From contig JBAZXG010000001.1 in assembly GCA_041660005.1 (NCBI GenBank), positions 71,689 through 135,688 on the forward strand: DNA of 64,000 nt, in the 5' to 3' direction. The translations under genes and the position numbers were made by a program. Position 1 is the first letter of the stretch. Each line of letters begins with the position of its first letter. The stretch comes from Patescibacteria group bacterium (GTDB lineage: Bacteria; Patescibacteriota; Patescibacteriia; GWA2-46-9). The notes beneath the pieces were generated by a model. That model did not search any database. It was not told the origin of the DNA and was given only the letters and a program-made list of their open reading frames with translations. Positions 8,973-18,973 of this stretch are shown here, one piece after another.

Positions 8973-11642
8973 ATGACTGAGAAAGAAGCATTACCCAAGA
9001 GCTACGAGGCAAAAGCAATCGAAACCACCATCTATGAAGGATGGGAGGACGCTGGTGCATTTCTCCCTAAAAAACGAAAGGGCGGCAAAAAAGATCCCTT
9101 TGTTATATCGCTCCCTCCCCCAAACGCCACCGGTACGCTCCATTTGGGTCACGCCACCATGCTTGCCATTCAAGACATCATGGTTCGCTACCACCGCCTC
9201 TGCGGAGATGAGACGCTGTGGGTTCCCGGGACTGATCACGCGGCAATAGCCACACAGAACGTCGTTGAAAAAAAAATATGGAAAGAAGAGGGTAAAACGC
9301 GGCATGACGTCGGACGAGATAATTTGCTCCACCGCATCGACGAGTTCGTTGCCTCGTCGCGTGAAACCATTCGTTTGCAATTTCGACGCATGGGCGCTTC
9401 CTTGGACTGGTCGCGAGAACGATTTACGCTCGACGAAACGCTGAATCGCTGCGTGCGTCTCGTTTTCAAAATGATGCACGACGACGGGCTCATTTACCGC
9501 GGTAACCGCATTGTTAACTGGTGCACGCGCTGCCAAACAACGCTGGCTGACGACGAGGTTGAATACAAAGAAGAAAAAGCGCCGTTCTATCACTTCAAGT
9601 TTGGTCCCTTCTCTATCGGCACCGTGCGTCCAGAAACCAAACTGGGAGACAAGTATGTGGTGGTGCATCCAGACGATGAGCGCTTTACCAAGTACCACGG
9701 ACTCAAGCAAATGATTCCCTGGATTTCTGGCGACGTTGAGATGCAAGTGCTCCCTGATGAATCCGCCGACCCTGAAATGGGCTCGGGCGCCATGACCATC
9801 ACTCCGCAACATTCTTTTGCCGACTTTGAAACCGCAGAGAAACACGGTCTCGAAATAAAAGAAAATATTATTGGTCTAGATGGTAAACTCACCGCAGCTG
9901 CTGGTGAGTTTGCTGGCCTACCCGTAAAAGAGGCGCGGAAAAAGTTTGTCAAAATTTTAGAAGCAAAGGGACTCATCGAAAAAATTGACGAAGACTACGT
10001 ACACAACTTGTCAGTGTGCTACCGCTGCGGAACACCCATTGAGCCGCTCATCTCAAAGCAATGGTTCGTGGCGGTCAATAAACCCGTAGCACGCCTCAAT
10101 GGCAAAACATTGCGTGAACGTGCTGAGGAAGTGGTAAAAAACGGCGACATCACCATACTTCCAGAAAATTTCTCTAAAATATATCGACACTGGATGGCGA
10201 ACCTGCACGATTGGTGTATTTCGCGACAAATTTGGTACGGACACAGAATTCCCGTGTGGTATAGAGGGCAAGTCAAAATTCAAAAGTTAAAAGTTAAAAC
10301 TGCAACTTCAAAAATAATAACTAAAAATGATTTAGAAATGTATGTTGGTGTAACAGCGCCAGAGGGCGAGGGTTGGGAACAAGACCCTGATACTCTCGAC
10401 ACCTGGTTTTCGTCAAGCATGTGGACGTTCTCGACACTACTCAACGCTTCCGAAGAAGCCCCAACACTCAACGACTGGCTCGCTAAAAGCGACGACTTCA
10501 AACGCTACCACCCCACTTCGGTTCTTGAAACGGGTTACGACATTCTAAACTTCTGGGTAGCACGCATGATTCTTATGACCACCTACGCTGTGGGGCAAAT
10601 CCCCTTCCATACGGTGTACCTCCACGGCCTCGTGCGCGATAAAGAAGGAAGAAAAATGAGTAAGTCACTAGGTAACGGCATCGACCCCGTTGCCATGATT
10701 GAAAAATATGGCGCTGACGCAGTGCGGTTGTCCTTGGTCATTGGCACCACCCCAGGAAATGATATACGCCTCTTTGAAGAAAAAATTGCCACCTACCGAA
10801 ACTTCGTCAACAAGCTTTGGAATATCTCCCGCTACATTCTCATGACAACAGAGGTAACAAAAGAAACGCCCAAAGCCACAACTGCCGCTGATCTTTGGCT
10901 TTTGCGAACATTCGACGAACTTAAAATAAGTGTTGATGAGCACATTGCAAACTACCGCTTTTCAAGCGCTGGCGAAGAACTCTATGAGTTTACCTGGCAC
11001 GAACTGGCAGATTGGTATGTTGAAATCGCTAAAATTGAGGGCGGTAAAGACGCCATACTCCGCTCCATCCTCAAAGAATTACTGGCGCTCTGGCACCCCT
11101 TCACGCCTTTTGTGACTGAGCACATTTGGCGCCATCTTGGCGAGCGCGAACTTCTTATCACGAATGCCTGGCCAAACATTCCAACAAAAAAACATCTAGA
11201 GACACCGCACACCGAAACTCAAGAAGCTGTTGAAACAATGAGCTCTCTGCAATGGATTATAAAAACGATCCGTGACCACAAACAAAAATTTGGCAATGAT
11301 ACCGTATACACTATTGCCACAAACGAATTCTCTCGTTTCCAGGAACAAAACGAAATCATTCAAAGACTTACCAGAACAAACGTGAACTATGCCGACAGCG
11401 CACCTTCTGACAGTGTTGTTGTGAACAGTCTTGGAAGCATTACCATTTTTTGCCTTGGTAATGTTACACTAGACAAAGAGAAGATAGAGAAAGAACGCGA
11501 GGAAACAGAAACACAAATCCGGCAAATCGAAACCCGTCTAAACGACAAAGAATTTCGAGCAAAAGCACCGCAGGCAATTATTTTGAAAGAAGAGACGCGT
11601 CTAGCAAAAGCCAAAGAACGCCTCGACAAACTTACCCAATAA
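8973..11642 (+). CDS. valS: Valine--tRNA ligase
   Basis: PPPNATGTLHLGHA (HIGH) and KMSKSLGN motifs with a C-terminal coiled coil. Start set at MTEKEALPKSYEAK; the tracked start at 8841 overlaps the conserved noncoding repeat and is probably spurious. Confidence 0.9.
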   Translation: MTEKEALPKSYEAKAIETTIYEGWEDAGAFLPKKRKGGKKDPFVISLPPPNATGTLHLGHATMLAIQDIMVRYHRLCGDETLWVPGTDHAAIATQNVVEKKIWKEEGKTRHDVGRDNLLHRIDEFVASSRETIRLQFRRMGASLDWSRERFTLDETLNRCVRLVFKMMHDDGLIYRGNRIVNWCTRCQTTLADDEVEYKEEKAPFYHFKFGPFSIGTVRPETKLGDKYVVVHPDDERFTKYHGLKQMIPWISGDVEMQVLPDESADPEMGSGAMTITPQHSFADFETAEKHGLEIKENIIGLDGKLTAAAGEFAGLPVKEARKKFVKILEAKGLIEKIDEDYVHNLSVCYRCGTPIEPLISKQWFVAVNKPVARLNGKTLRERAEEVVKNGDITILPENFSKIYRHWMANLHDWCISRQIWYGHRIPVWYRGQVKIQKLKVKTATSKIITKNDLEMYVGVTAPEGEGWEQDPDTLDTWFSSSMWTFSTLLNASEEAPTLNDWLAKSDDFKRYHPTSVLETGYDILNFWVARMILMTTYAVGQIPFHTVYLHGLVRDKEGRKMSKSLGNGIDPVAMIEKYGADAVRLSLVIGTTPGNDIRLFEEKIATYRNFVNKLWNISRYILMTTEVTKETPKATTAADLWLLRTFDELKISVDEHIANYRFSSAGEELYEFTWHELADWYVEIAKIEGGKDAILRSILKELLALWHPFTPFVTEHIWRHLGERELLITNAWPNIPTKKHLETPHTETQEAVETMSSLQWIIKTIRDHKQKFGNDTVYTIATNEFSRFQEQNEIIQRLTRTNVNYADSAPSDSVVVNSLGSITIFCLGNVTLDKEKIEKEREETETQIRQIETRLNDKEFRAKAPQAIILKEETRLAKAKERLDKLTQ

Positions 11643-11646
11643 CCCT

Positions 11647-12870
11647 ATGCCGAAACGCATTGCCACTGACAACAGGACCATTGCTCACATTCTTGACCGC
11701 TCCACGGTTACTATTATTGACCGCAAAAACTTAGAGAAGCGCCTCAAGTCAGGAAAACCTTTGCGCGTTAAACTCGGCATTGACCCGACCGGACCAAACC
11801 TTCACCTTGGTCACGCGGTACAACTGCGCAAATTAAAACAGTTCCAGGATGCCGGTCACAAGGTGGTCATCGTTATTGGTGATTGGACCGCCCGCATCGG
11901 CGACCCGACTGAGCGAAACGAAATGCGCCCGCAGCTCACCGCGGTGGAAGTGAAAAAAAACACCAGGGAGTACCTGAAACAGCTTTTCCTTATTTTGAAC
12001 AAAAAAGAAACAGAAGTCGTCTGGCAGAGCTCTTGGTTCAATAAGTTCGGCCTCGACGACGTGTTCGATCTCTTGTCGAAATGGACAGTAAGTCAGCTCC
12101 TCGACCGCGATGATTTCAAAAAACGCCTGAGTGACGGCACTGAAGTTGGCTATCACGAGCCCATCTACTCTTTACTGCAAGCGTATGACTCAATCATGGT
12201 GAAAGCTGATGTCGAAATCGGAGCAACCGAACAACTTTTCAATCTGTTGCGCGGCCGTGATCTTCAGAACATGCAGCAACAAACACCACAAGAAATTATG
12301 ACCCTCGATATTTTGATCGGCCTTGATGGTAAACGAAAAATGGGAAAGTCTCACAATAACTACATTGCCTTACTCGATAGCGGTGAAGAAATGTATGGAA
12401 AAGTCATGTCCATTCCGGACGAACTCATCCCCCACTACTTTGAGCTCACAACAGAACTTCCCGACGCAGAGGTAACGAATATTAAAAAACGTCTACAAGA
12501 GTTAACGGTGAACCCCCGCGATCTTAAAATGCGTCTGGCCAGAGAAATCGTTACGCTTTACTACGATGCTAAAACCGCGAAGGCGGCTGAACAACAATTC
12601 ATTAACGTCTTCCAGAAAAAAATCATGCCCGAGCACATTGAAGTCGTGTTACTCTCTTCGTGGCCAAATACACTTGCACATGCTGTCGTCGCGACGACGC
12701 TCGCGCACAGCATGAGCGAAGCGAGACGCACCATTGAACAGGGCGGTATAAAAATCAATGGTGAAGTTGAAAAAAATCCCAATAAAACGCTTCCTAAAAA
12801 CGCTGATTTGGTGCTCTCTCGTGGTAAGCGGCTCTTCAAAAAAATAGCGCTTAAAAATGCCGCAACATAG
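11647..12870 (+). CDS. tyrS: Tyrosine--tRNA ligase
   Basis: HLGH class-I motif, KMGKS, and a C-terminal S4-like domain. Confidence 0.8.
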   Translation: MPKRIATDNRTIAHILDRSTVTIIDRKNLEKRLKSGKPLRVKLGIDPTGPNLHLGHAVQLRKLKQFQDAGHKVVIVIGDWTARIGDPTERNEMRPQLTAVEVKKNTREYLKQLFLILNKKETEVVWQSSWFNKFGLDDVFDLLSKWTVSQLLDRDDFKKRLSDGTEVGYHEPIYSLLQAYDSIMVKADVEIGATEQLFNLLRGRDLQNMQQQTPQEIMTLDILIGLDGKRKMGKSHNNYIALLDSGEEMYGKVMSIPDELIPHYFELTTELPDAEVTNIKKRLQELTVNPRDLKMRLAREIVTLYYDAKTAKAAEQQFINVFQKKIMPEHIEVVLLSSWPNTLAHAVVATTLAHSMSEARRTIEQGGIKINGEVEKNPNKTLPKNADLVLSRGKRLFKKIALKNAAT

Positions 12871-14608
12871 TAGTTCTATCACAACTGCAAAAGATGCTTT
12901 TGCCAAGCTCATTAATGCCGCGGTCACAAAAACGGAGGCAACCGCCCATGTTAACGGTGACGAAATAACAGAAGCTGACGTTCGCCATGGCGACTTGTCT
13001 TTTGCACTACATCGGCTGGCACAGCAGCTACAAAAAAATCCCGTCGAACTGGCAGCAACACTTACCGCGATCTCAGAAAAACTGCTTACCGAAGCACCAA
13101 CCGACTACGCGTCCATCGCCTCGGTGACGGCGACTGGGCCGTACTTGAACGCGCGTCTCGACCAAACTGCGTTTGCTGACTCAACCGTAAAAGCGGCGCT
13201 ACACAAAAAATTTACTGCGAGCCCGAGCGCCAAAAAAAAATACCTTCTTGAATACGTTTCGCCGAACACCAACAAACCGCTCCATCTGGGGCACCTCAGA
13301 AACGCGGCACTTGGCTGGAGTATTGGAGAACTTTTGAAAGCGACCGGCAGCAAAGTTGTGCGTGCTCAAGTTGTCAACGATCGCGGCATCCACATCATGA
13401 AGTCGCTTCTCGCTTACGAGCGCTGGGGCAACAATGAAACGCCAGAATCGAGCGGGCTAAAGGGTGATCACCTTGTTGGCAAATACTATGTCCGTTTTTC
13501 GAACGAGGAAAAAGAAAACCCAAAGTTGATTGAAGAAGCTCAAGTATATCTCAAACGCTGGGAAGAAGGCGACCAAAAAATTCGTGCACTCGGAGCGCAA
13601 CTGAACGCCTGGGCCGAACAGGGCTACGAGGAAACCAGCAAACGCTTTGGTATTGCCTTTGATCGCACGGATCACGAAAGTGAACTCTACGAAGCCGGGC
13701 GAAAAATTGTTATGTCAGCGCTGAAACAAGGTCTCGTCAAAAAACGCGAAGACGGTGCCATTGTTGCTGACCTCTCCGCCGAAGGGCTGGAAGAAAAAGT
13801 GCTCTTGAGATCCGACGGAACAACCGTGTATGTAACGCAAGACCTGGCGCTCGCCAAAAAGCGACTCGCCAAAGAGAAACCAGACGCAATGCTCTACGTC
13901 GTCGGCCAGGAGCAGGATCACCAGTTTAAAATACTCTTTGTTCTTCTCGAACGTTTTGGTATCGCCAAGGCGTCAGAGCTCATGCACCTCAGCTACCACT
14001 GGGTACTCCTGCTTGAAGGTAGAATGAAATCGCGGGAAGGCACGGTGGTCGACGCAGATGATTTACTGAACGAACTACACAGACTGGCATTGAAAGAACT
14101 AACCGCGCGCAAGCAAGATTTACCAGAACAAGAACTAAAGCGCCGAGCTGAAGTTATTTCAAACGCTGCCATAAAATTTTATTTACTAAACGTCCGACCG
14201 AAAGTAAGCATTCACTTTGACCCCAAGGCGTCTATCTCCTTCACGGGCCGTACAGGACCGTATCTCCTGTACACACTCGCCCGAATCAAAAGCATTCTCA
14301 GAAAAGCGGATGTTCGCACGCGCGACACCAAACCGCGGAGCGTCACAGAAAAAGAGTGGATTGTTGTGCGTGACCTCGCGCGTTATGGTGAGATTATAGA
14401 ATCTGCGGCAAAGAATAACGACCCGTCTGACGTCGCCGACTATGCCTACACTTTAGCCCGTTCCATTACGGCATTCTACGAAGCTGATCCGGTGCTCACC
14501 GCTGAACCGCAGGTGCGCGCTTGGCGTCTCAATTTACTGTCAGCGTCGGTAGCCACGCTCACGCACGCGCTCTCTCTTCTCGGCATCACAGCACTTGAAG
14601 AAATGTAA
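12857..14608 (+). CDS. argS: Arginine--tRNA ligase
   Basis: SPNTNKPLHLGHLRNA motif and a C-terminal DALR anticodon-binding region. Confidence 0.88.
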   Translation: MPQHSSSITTAKDAFAKLINAAVTKTEATAHVNGDEITEADVRHGDLSFALHRLAQQLQKNPVELAATLTAISEKLLTEAPTDYASIASVTATGPYLNARLDQTAFADSTVKAALHKKFTASPSAKKKYLLEYVSPNTNKPLHLGHLRNAALGWSIGELLKATGSKVVRAQVVNDRGIHIMKSLLAYERWGNNETPESSGLKGDHLVGKYYVRFSNEEKENPKLIEEAQVYLKRWEEGDQKIRALGAQLNAWAEQGYEETSKRFGIAFDRTDHESELYEAGRKIVMSALKQGLVKKREDGAIVADLSAEGLEEKVLLRSDGTTVYVTQDLALAKKRLAKEKPDAMLYVVGQEQDHQFKILFVLLERFGIAKASELMHLSYHWVLLLEGRMKSREGTVVDADDLLNELHRLALKELTARKQDLPEQELKRRAEVISNAAIKFYLLNVRPKVSIHFDPKASISFTGRTGPYLLYTLARIKSILRKADVRTRDTKPRSVTEKEWIVVRDLARYGEIIESAAKNNDPSDVADYAYTLARSITAFYEADPVLTAEPQVRAWRLNLLSASVATLTHALSLLGITALEEM

Positions 14609-14610
14609 TC

Positions 14611-15450
14611 ATGTTTCATTTTTTACATACGTTCACACCAACACCGATCATTGCTGTTGTTGGACCGTTTACGTTGTACTGGTATGGACTTGGGTACCTC
14701 GTCGCCATTGCTGCGGCATACCTCCTGGTTAATCATGCGCTCCGCCGCATCTCGAGCAAAGAAGCACTGTACCTCACGGAGCACTTACCAACGTTCACCG
14801 TCGGTCTTGTTGTCTCAGGCATTATTGGCGCGCGGCTTTACCACGTCATAACACAATGGTCGATTTATTACAGCGCACACATCGATAAAATTTTTGCCGT
14901 AAACGAAGGCGGCCTTGCTATACACGGCGGGCTCATTGGCGGCCTTGCGTTTCTTTGGTGGTATAGCAAGAGAATCAAGAGAGACGACGGGAATAATTCA
15001 CTCCTCTGGTTGCTTGATCTTATTGCACCGGCAGTTCTCCTCGGTCAAGCGATTGGGCGGATTGGCAACTACTTCAACCAAGAACTTTTTGGACTGCCAA
15101 CCAATTTACCCTGGGGCATTCCAATTGCTCTTGAACATCGACCGGAGCTTTTTTTAAATGTTACCTACTTTCACCCGACGTTCTTATATGAATCTTTATG
15201 GGATCTTGTTGGGTTTCTTGTCATTTACTGTTGGCAAAAACGGCTATTACAGAAAAATAAGTTAGGCACTGGACTTGTAGTATTCCCCTACCTCGTCTGG
15301 ATGGGACTTGGGCGTATACTTGTAGAGCTTATACGCACAGAACCAGCTCCCCTACTTTGGGGAGTGAGACTGCATCAGATAATATCGATTTTAATCGTGC
15401 TCATCGGTATCACAGGACTAGCTACCCTTTTCAATAAACGTAGAGTATAA
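14611..15450 (+). CDS. lgt: Prolipoprotein diacylglyceryl transferase
   Basis: YGLGYLVA...GARLYHV...HGGLIGG...GRIGNYFNQELFG signature. Confidence 0.88.
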   Translation: MFHFLHTFTPTPIIAVVGPFTLYWYGLGYLVAIAAAYLLVNHALRRISSKEALYLTEHLPTFTVGLVVSGIIGARLYHVITQWSIYYSAHIDKIFAVNEGGLAIHGGLIGGLAFLWWYSKRIKRDDGNNSLLWLLDLIAPAVLLGQAIGRIGNYFNQELFGLPTNLPWGIPIALEHRPELFLNVTYFHPTFLYESLWDLVGFLVIYCWQKRLLQKNKLGTGLVVFPYLVWMGLGRILVELIRTEPAPLLWGVRLHQIISILIVLIGITGLATLFNKRRV

Positions 15451-15488
15451 TTTATTCGTCAGATTATTTTGAAAAGCAACATAGACTT

Positions 15489-16034
15489 ATGAAAAAAATA
15501 ATAGGTACAGTAGCGTTGGTCGCTCTATTTTTGGGTGTACTCAGTTTTTCTCCTTCTAAGGCGTTGGCGGTGAGTGGAACATGCGACTGCTTCAATGATA
15601 CGACGGGAGCTGCTGTCGGGACATGGCAAAAAACTGAGGAAGAGTGCACTGCGATGGACCAGTCTCAATCGGCGAGCATAAATTGCTTTTTTACTGCGGA
15701 TAACACCGGAGTGGGCGGCAACACCGGTGTGGGTGGTAATCAACAAGCTGGAGCCGGGAAAACAGTCACGCTCAAAAACCCCCTCGGCGAAACTGATGTG
15801 CGCGTCATTATCGGCCGCATCATTCGTGTTGCTCTTGGCATTGTCGGCTCCCTTGCGCTCCTCATTATCATCTACGGCGGGCTTACCTGGCTAACGTCAT
15901 TTGGAAACGATGAGCGCGTTAAGCAAGGTCGTGACACGCTCGTCTGGGCGGCAATAGGTCTTGTGGTCATTCTCACGAGTTACGTTGTGGTAAATTTCTT
16001 ATTTACCGGGATTGCTGGGTTGTCAGGATCATAA
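15489..16034 (+). CDS. Secreted membrane protein resembling type IV secretion pilin (TrbC/VirB2-like, CPR-type T4SS_pilin architecture)
   Basis: Signal peptide, a Cys-containing region, then two C-terminal TM helices separated by a short loop (LLIIIYGGLTWLTSFGNDERVKQGRDTLVWAAIGLVVILTSYVVVNF). Confidence 0.5.
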   Translation: MKKIIGTVALVALFLGVLSFSPSKALAVSGTCDCFNDTTGAAVGTWQKTEEECTAMDQSQSASINCFFTADNTGVGGNTGVGGNQQAGAGKTVTLKNPLGETDVRVIIGRIIRVALGIVGSLALLIIIYGGLTWLTSFGNDERVKQGRDTLVWAAIGLVVILTSYVVVNFLFTGIAGLSGS

Positions 16035-16056
16035 ATTTAATTTGTTGCTTAAATAT

Positions 16057-16085
16057 AAACCCGCCACACGGCGGGTTTATTATTT
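16057..16085 (+). terminator. Rho-independent terminator
   Basis: AAACCCGCCACACGGCGGGTTTATTATTTT. Confidence 0.75.
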
Positions 16086-16140
16086 TCCAAAAAGTTTTTT
16101 CAAAAAAAATTTTAACCTGGCCATTGCATGGCCGGAGGTT

Positions 16141-16525
16141 GTCTATTTCTTTGTGCGGGCAAAGAAATAGACGAAAGAAAGCCCGCCCCGCATCGACGCT
16201 CCTGGTCAGCAGCCATTTCGAAACGAACACGGCGGCAATGAACTCGCTTTCAGCTCAAACAGCATTGCCGCTCTCTCGTGTTCGTTTCGTCCGTCTGCTC
16301 TCCCCGGTCGATGAGGGGGTTTGTGAAACAAGAGTGCAAAGCCCATAGGATCGGCGTCGGTAATGATTAGCGGAGAGAACCGAAAGAATGGTCGTGCTGT
16401 TTGACCCTGAGCGAAGTCGAAGGGGAGTTCACGACCATCGGTTTTCGGAGTGCAGTCATGCCCCAGCCGAGTCCTCAGGGTGTCTTTCTTTCCGTCCACT
16501 TTCTTGGACAAGCAAGAAAGTGGAC
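16141..16525 (+). repeat. Structured noncoding element family, copy 1 (~390 nt), bounded by palindromic hairpins
   Basis: 5' hairpin GTCTATTTCTTTG-N7-CAAAGAAATAGAC and 3' hairpin GTCCACTTTCTTG-GACAAG-CAAGAAAGTGGAC. The ~170-nt core is near-identical to copies at 29004-29382 (inverted) and 47057-47272. A variable long hairpin sits at the same position with different sequence in each copy. A conserved tail extends to about 16790. Confidence 0.75.
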
Positions 16526-16745
16526 AACTAGTCTCGAGGCCGGAGGCCGAGGACGTTATGTTCGTAGAGTGAAAAAATTCCCATAAGATCAATGTTGGTA
16601 GTGACACGTACAAAGAGAGCCACTAACCCTTAGTGTCTGGTCGTGACAGTGAGATCAGAGTCTACGGTGTTGGTTCACAGTTATTTACTTTTAACTTGCA
16701 GTTTTGCCTTTTGCCTTTTAATTTTTGAATTATCCCCTTTTATAT

Positions 16746-16774
16746 TTGACATTTCCCCCGATTTGTGCTAGGAT
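16746..16774 (+). promoter_or_regulatory. Sigma70-like promoter TTGACA-N17-TAGGAT at the 3' end of the conserved element tail
   Basis: Read from sequence. Sits about 250 nt upstream of the first high-GC island gene. The equivalent position in the 47-kb copy has TTGACA followed by a weaker -10. Confidence 0.45.
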
Positions 16775-17024
16775 GCCAGGTTCTTTTAGAAATGTGCCAC
16801 CAGCATATTTCTAGAAGGATGGTCAGTCCCGCTCATTGAAAAGTGAATAGGATTGAACACCGCGCAAACCTGGCGTGGTGTACTTTCGTGTTCGAAAGTT
16901 CACGAAAGTCCATCAAAGGTAAAAATAAATAATCCAAACCGGACCGCTACACCAAGCGGCAACCGCCACCTTATCAACTCACTAGCAAGTCGCGCACGAT
17001 CGGCGACAAGGAGCGAGAACTCAA

Positions 17025-18098
17025 ATGGCAGGAAGAGCGGGTCGAGGAGACCCAGGTGGTGGTGCGGGAGACCCGAACGGGGTACCCGAGTCGCTTCGGA
17101 TAGACGGAATACGTCTCTGGACTGAAGCGCGTGCAGGCGGAACCTACGCCGCACACGCAGTGGTACGGACGACGCAAAACCGAAAGACCGTAACGAGACA
17201 GGCCGCACTCACGGTAAATGGCATTGCGAGAAACGATGCCGGCGCCGTGAGCGAAACGAACGCCAGGGATGGGCAGACCATCCTGACGACAATCGTGGAT
17301 CCTGTCGTCGACGGACTTTCGGTCGAGGTCAACGCCTTCATTGTCGGAACAACGGTCACAGCAACTCCGCGGCGACTGCTGTTCACTGGTACCACGGCTG
17401 TGGAAATCAAACCAGTGAAAACAGTCACGGCACGGACGACGGGTGCGAAGAGTGACATGCACCACGTTCCAGTCGGACTGTTCGATGAGAACGGATCCCC
17501 GACAATCGGAACGGCACGGGCACTCTACGGCGACTGCGCTGTGGACCACTGCATCGGTCTCGGCGGTCTCGTGCTCCCGTTCACCGTTCCCGACGGCGAG
17601 ACGCTGGCAGTCACGATCGAGTCCCCTGGAGCAGCACCAATAACGGTAGCGCTTCAAGGGCGCGACAAGCCGAGTCCCCCGCCGCGACCAGCGAAAGTTC
17701 AGCTGGCGGCGCTGCCGACGACGTGGGACGCAACGACCGGTGCAAGCAGCACGATTTCAACACCCCGCGCCTACGACAGCAACGGTGACGGAGTCGAGTG
17801 CCATCTCTTCTTCGCTACCAAGAGACCCGTCAGGATGATCGTTCGCGAGGACGGAAAAAGGACGATCACACACAACAACGTACGGGCTTTCGACTTCCAT
17901 GTGAAAGCAAAGCCCACAACGAGCTGTGAGTTCGTCAACGTTCACGAAGAACACATTGAAGTGAACTGCGATGTCCTCGGACTCGACGGCGCAATCGATA
18001 ACATGGTACTGCCTGCCGCCGAACCCCGACCCGGGGAATGGCGCGCCGACATGACCAAAACGGAAAAGCGGCGATACTATCGCCTGGGAGGCAAGTGA
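17025..18098 (+). CDS. Hypothetical protein (high-GC island 1)
   Basis: About 63% GC. AAGGAG RBS 11 nt upstream of the ATG. No recognisable family. Confidence 0.5.
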   Translation: MAGRAGRGDPGGGAGDPNGVPESLRIDGIRLWTEARAGGTYAAHAVVRTTQNRKTVTRQAALTVNGIARNDAGAVSETNARDGQTILTTIVDPVVDGLSVEVNAFIVGTTVTATPRRLLFTGTTAVEIKPVKTVTARTTGAKSDMHHVPVGLFDENGSPTIGTARALYGDCAVDHCIGLGGLVLPFTVPDGETLAVTIESPGAAPITVALQGRDKPSPPPRPAKVQLAALPTTWDATTGASSTISTPRAYDSNGDGVECHLFFATKRPVRMIVREDGKRTITHNNVRAFDFHVKAKPTTSCEFVNVHEEHIEVNCDVLGLDGAIDNMVLPAAEPRPGEWRADMTKTEKRRYYRLGGK

Positions 18099-18973
18099 TG
18101 ATGACCATACCACAGGTGGCGCTTTACATCGCCATCATGGTTCTCGGAATGGTTGCCTTCGGGTGGCCGTTCTGTGAGTTCGTACTCGTGATGACGCTCA
18201 TAGTCATTGGCATCTTTGCTGTCCTCTTCTGGCAACGCCGGACAGAGTGGCAGGAGTTGCCGGAAGACGTGCGTTCAGCGCGAGAAAACAGAACCGAATA
18301 TTGGCTCGCGATGACGGGTCGTTTCCCGTCCAATAACATCGTCTGGTGCGGTTGGATTGCAGCGGCAATGCTCTCGAGCATCATCGCCGTAACTCATCCA
18401 GGTCCAAGCGCGATTGACTACCTCACGGCGCCGCAATCGTCGCGGGCGAGAGAAATCACGCAACAGACCGACCGAGAAATCGCTGCCTTGTGGCATCTCG
18501 CCAAAACGGGAAGTTTCAGCGGCGGCGAGTCGGTCACAACCGAAGACGAAGCGAAGGAAGCTGGTGACTGGCGACGGTGGCCGATGAGTCTGTACATGTG
18601 GTTCATGGCCCTCGTCCTCCTCGTCCCGACCATCTGGGACGAACTGAGGGAAGCGGGAAGAAGCGCTGTCGATCATACGTACCGCCACTTTGGTGGTAAC
18701 GTCACGATCACAGGACCTGGAGCCGGCTTCGCAACAAGCCTGCTCAACGCGGCGGCACGTCGCGCTGGAACCACGCTAACGTTGCCGACCACACCCCCAA
18801 CCCCTGCTCCCGCACCCGTACTGGGCGCACCGCCATCAACCGGCTCGTCCATTGACCGTGCGGTTGCATCAATCACGTCGAGCACGTTCCTACAACACGT
18901 GCTCGCCAGCCTGATCCCGGAATTACTCGACCGAGTATCCTGGGGTCGTATCCTGCATAGGAGAACAGCATGA
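18098..18973 (+). CDS. Hypothetical membrane protein (high-GC island 1)
   Basis: GGAGG RBS. Start overlaps the preceding stop (TGATGA). Several TM segments and a Pro/Thr/Ala-rich linker. Confidence 0.55.
   Translation: MMTIPQVALYIAIMVLGMVAFGWPFCEFVLVMTLIVIGIFAVLFWQRRTEWQELPEDVRSARENRTEYWLAMTGRFPSNNIVWCGWIAAAMLSSIIAVTHPGPSAIDYLTAPQSSRAREITQQTDREIAALWHLAKTGSFSGGESVTTEDEAKEAGDWRRWPMSLYMWFMALVLLVPTIWDELREAGRSAVDHTYRHFGGNVTITGPGAGFATSLLNAAARRAGTTLTLPTTPPTPAPAPVLGAPPSTGSSIDRAVASITSSTFLQHVLASLIPELLDRVSWGRILHRRTA

Noticed and set aside
16141-16525. Group II intron or RNase P/tmRNA/SRP identity for the structured element
   Set aside because: No GUGYG…AY boundaries with a domain-V-like 34-nt helix. 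No match to P4, tmRNA ends or SRP domain IV consensus on either strand.
16974-17657. Minus-strand 227-aa Cys/Arg-rich ORF and other antisense ORFs in high-GC islands
   Set aside because: These are typical spurious long ORFs on the antisense of GC-rich genes. The plus-strand genes have RBSs and coupled stops and starts.
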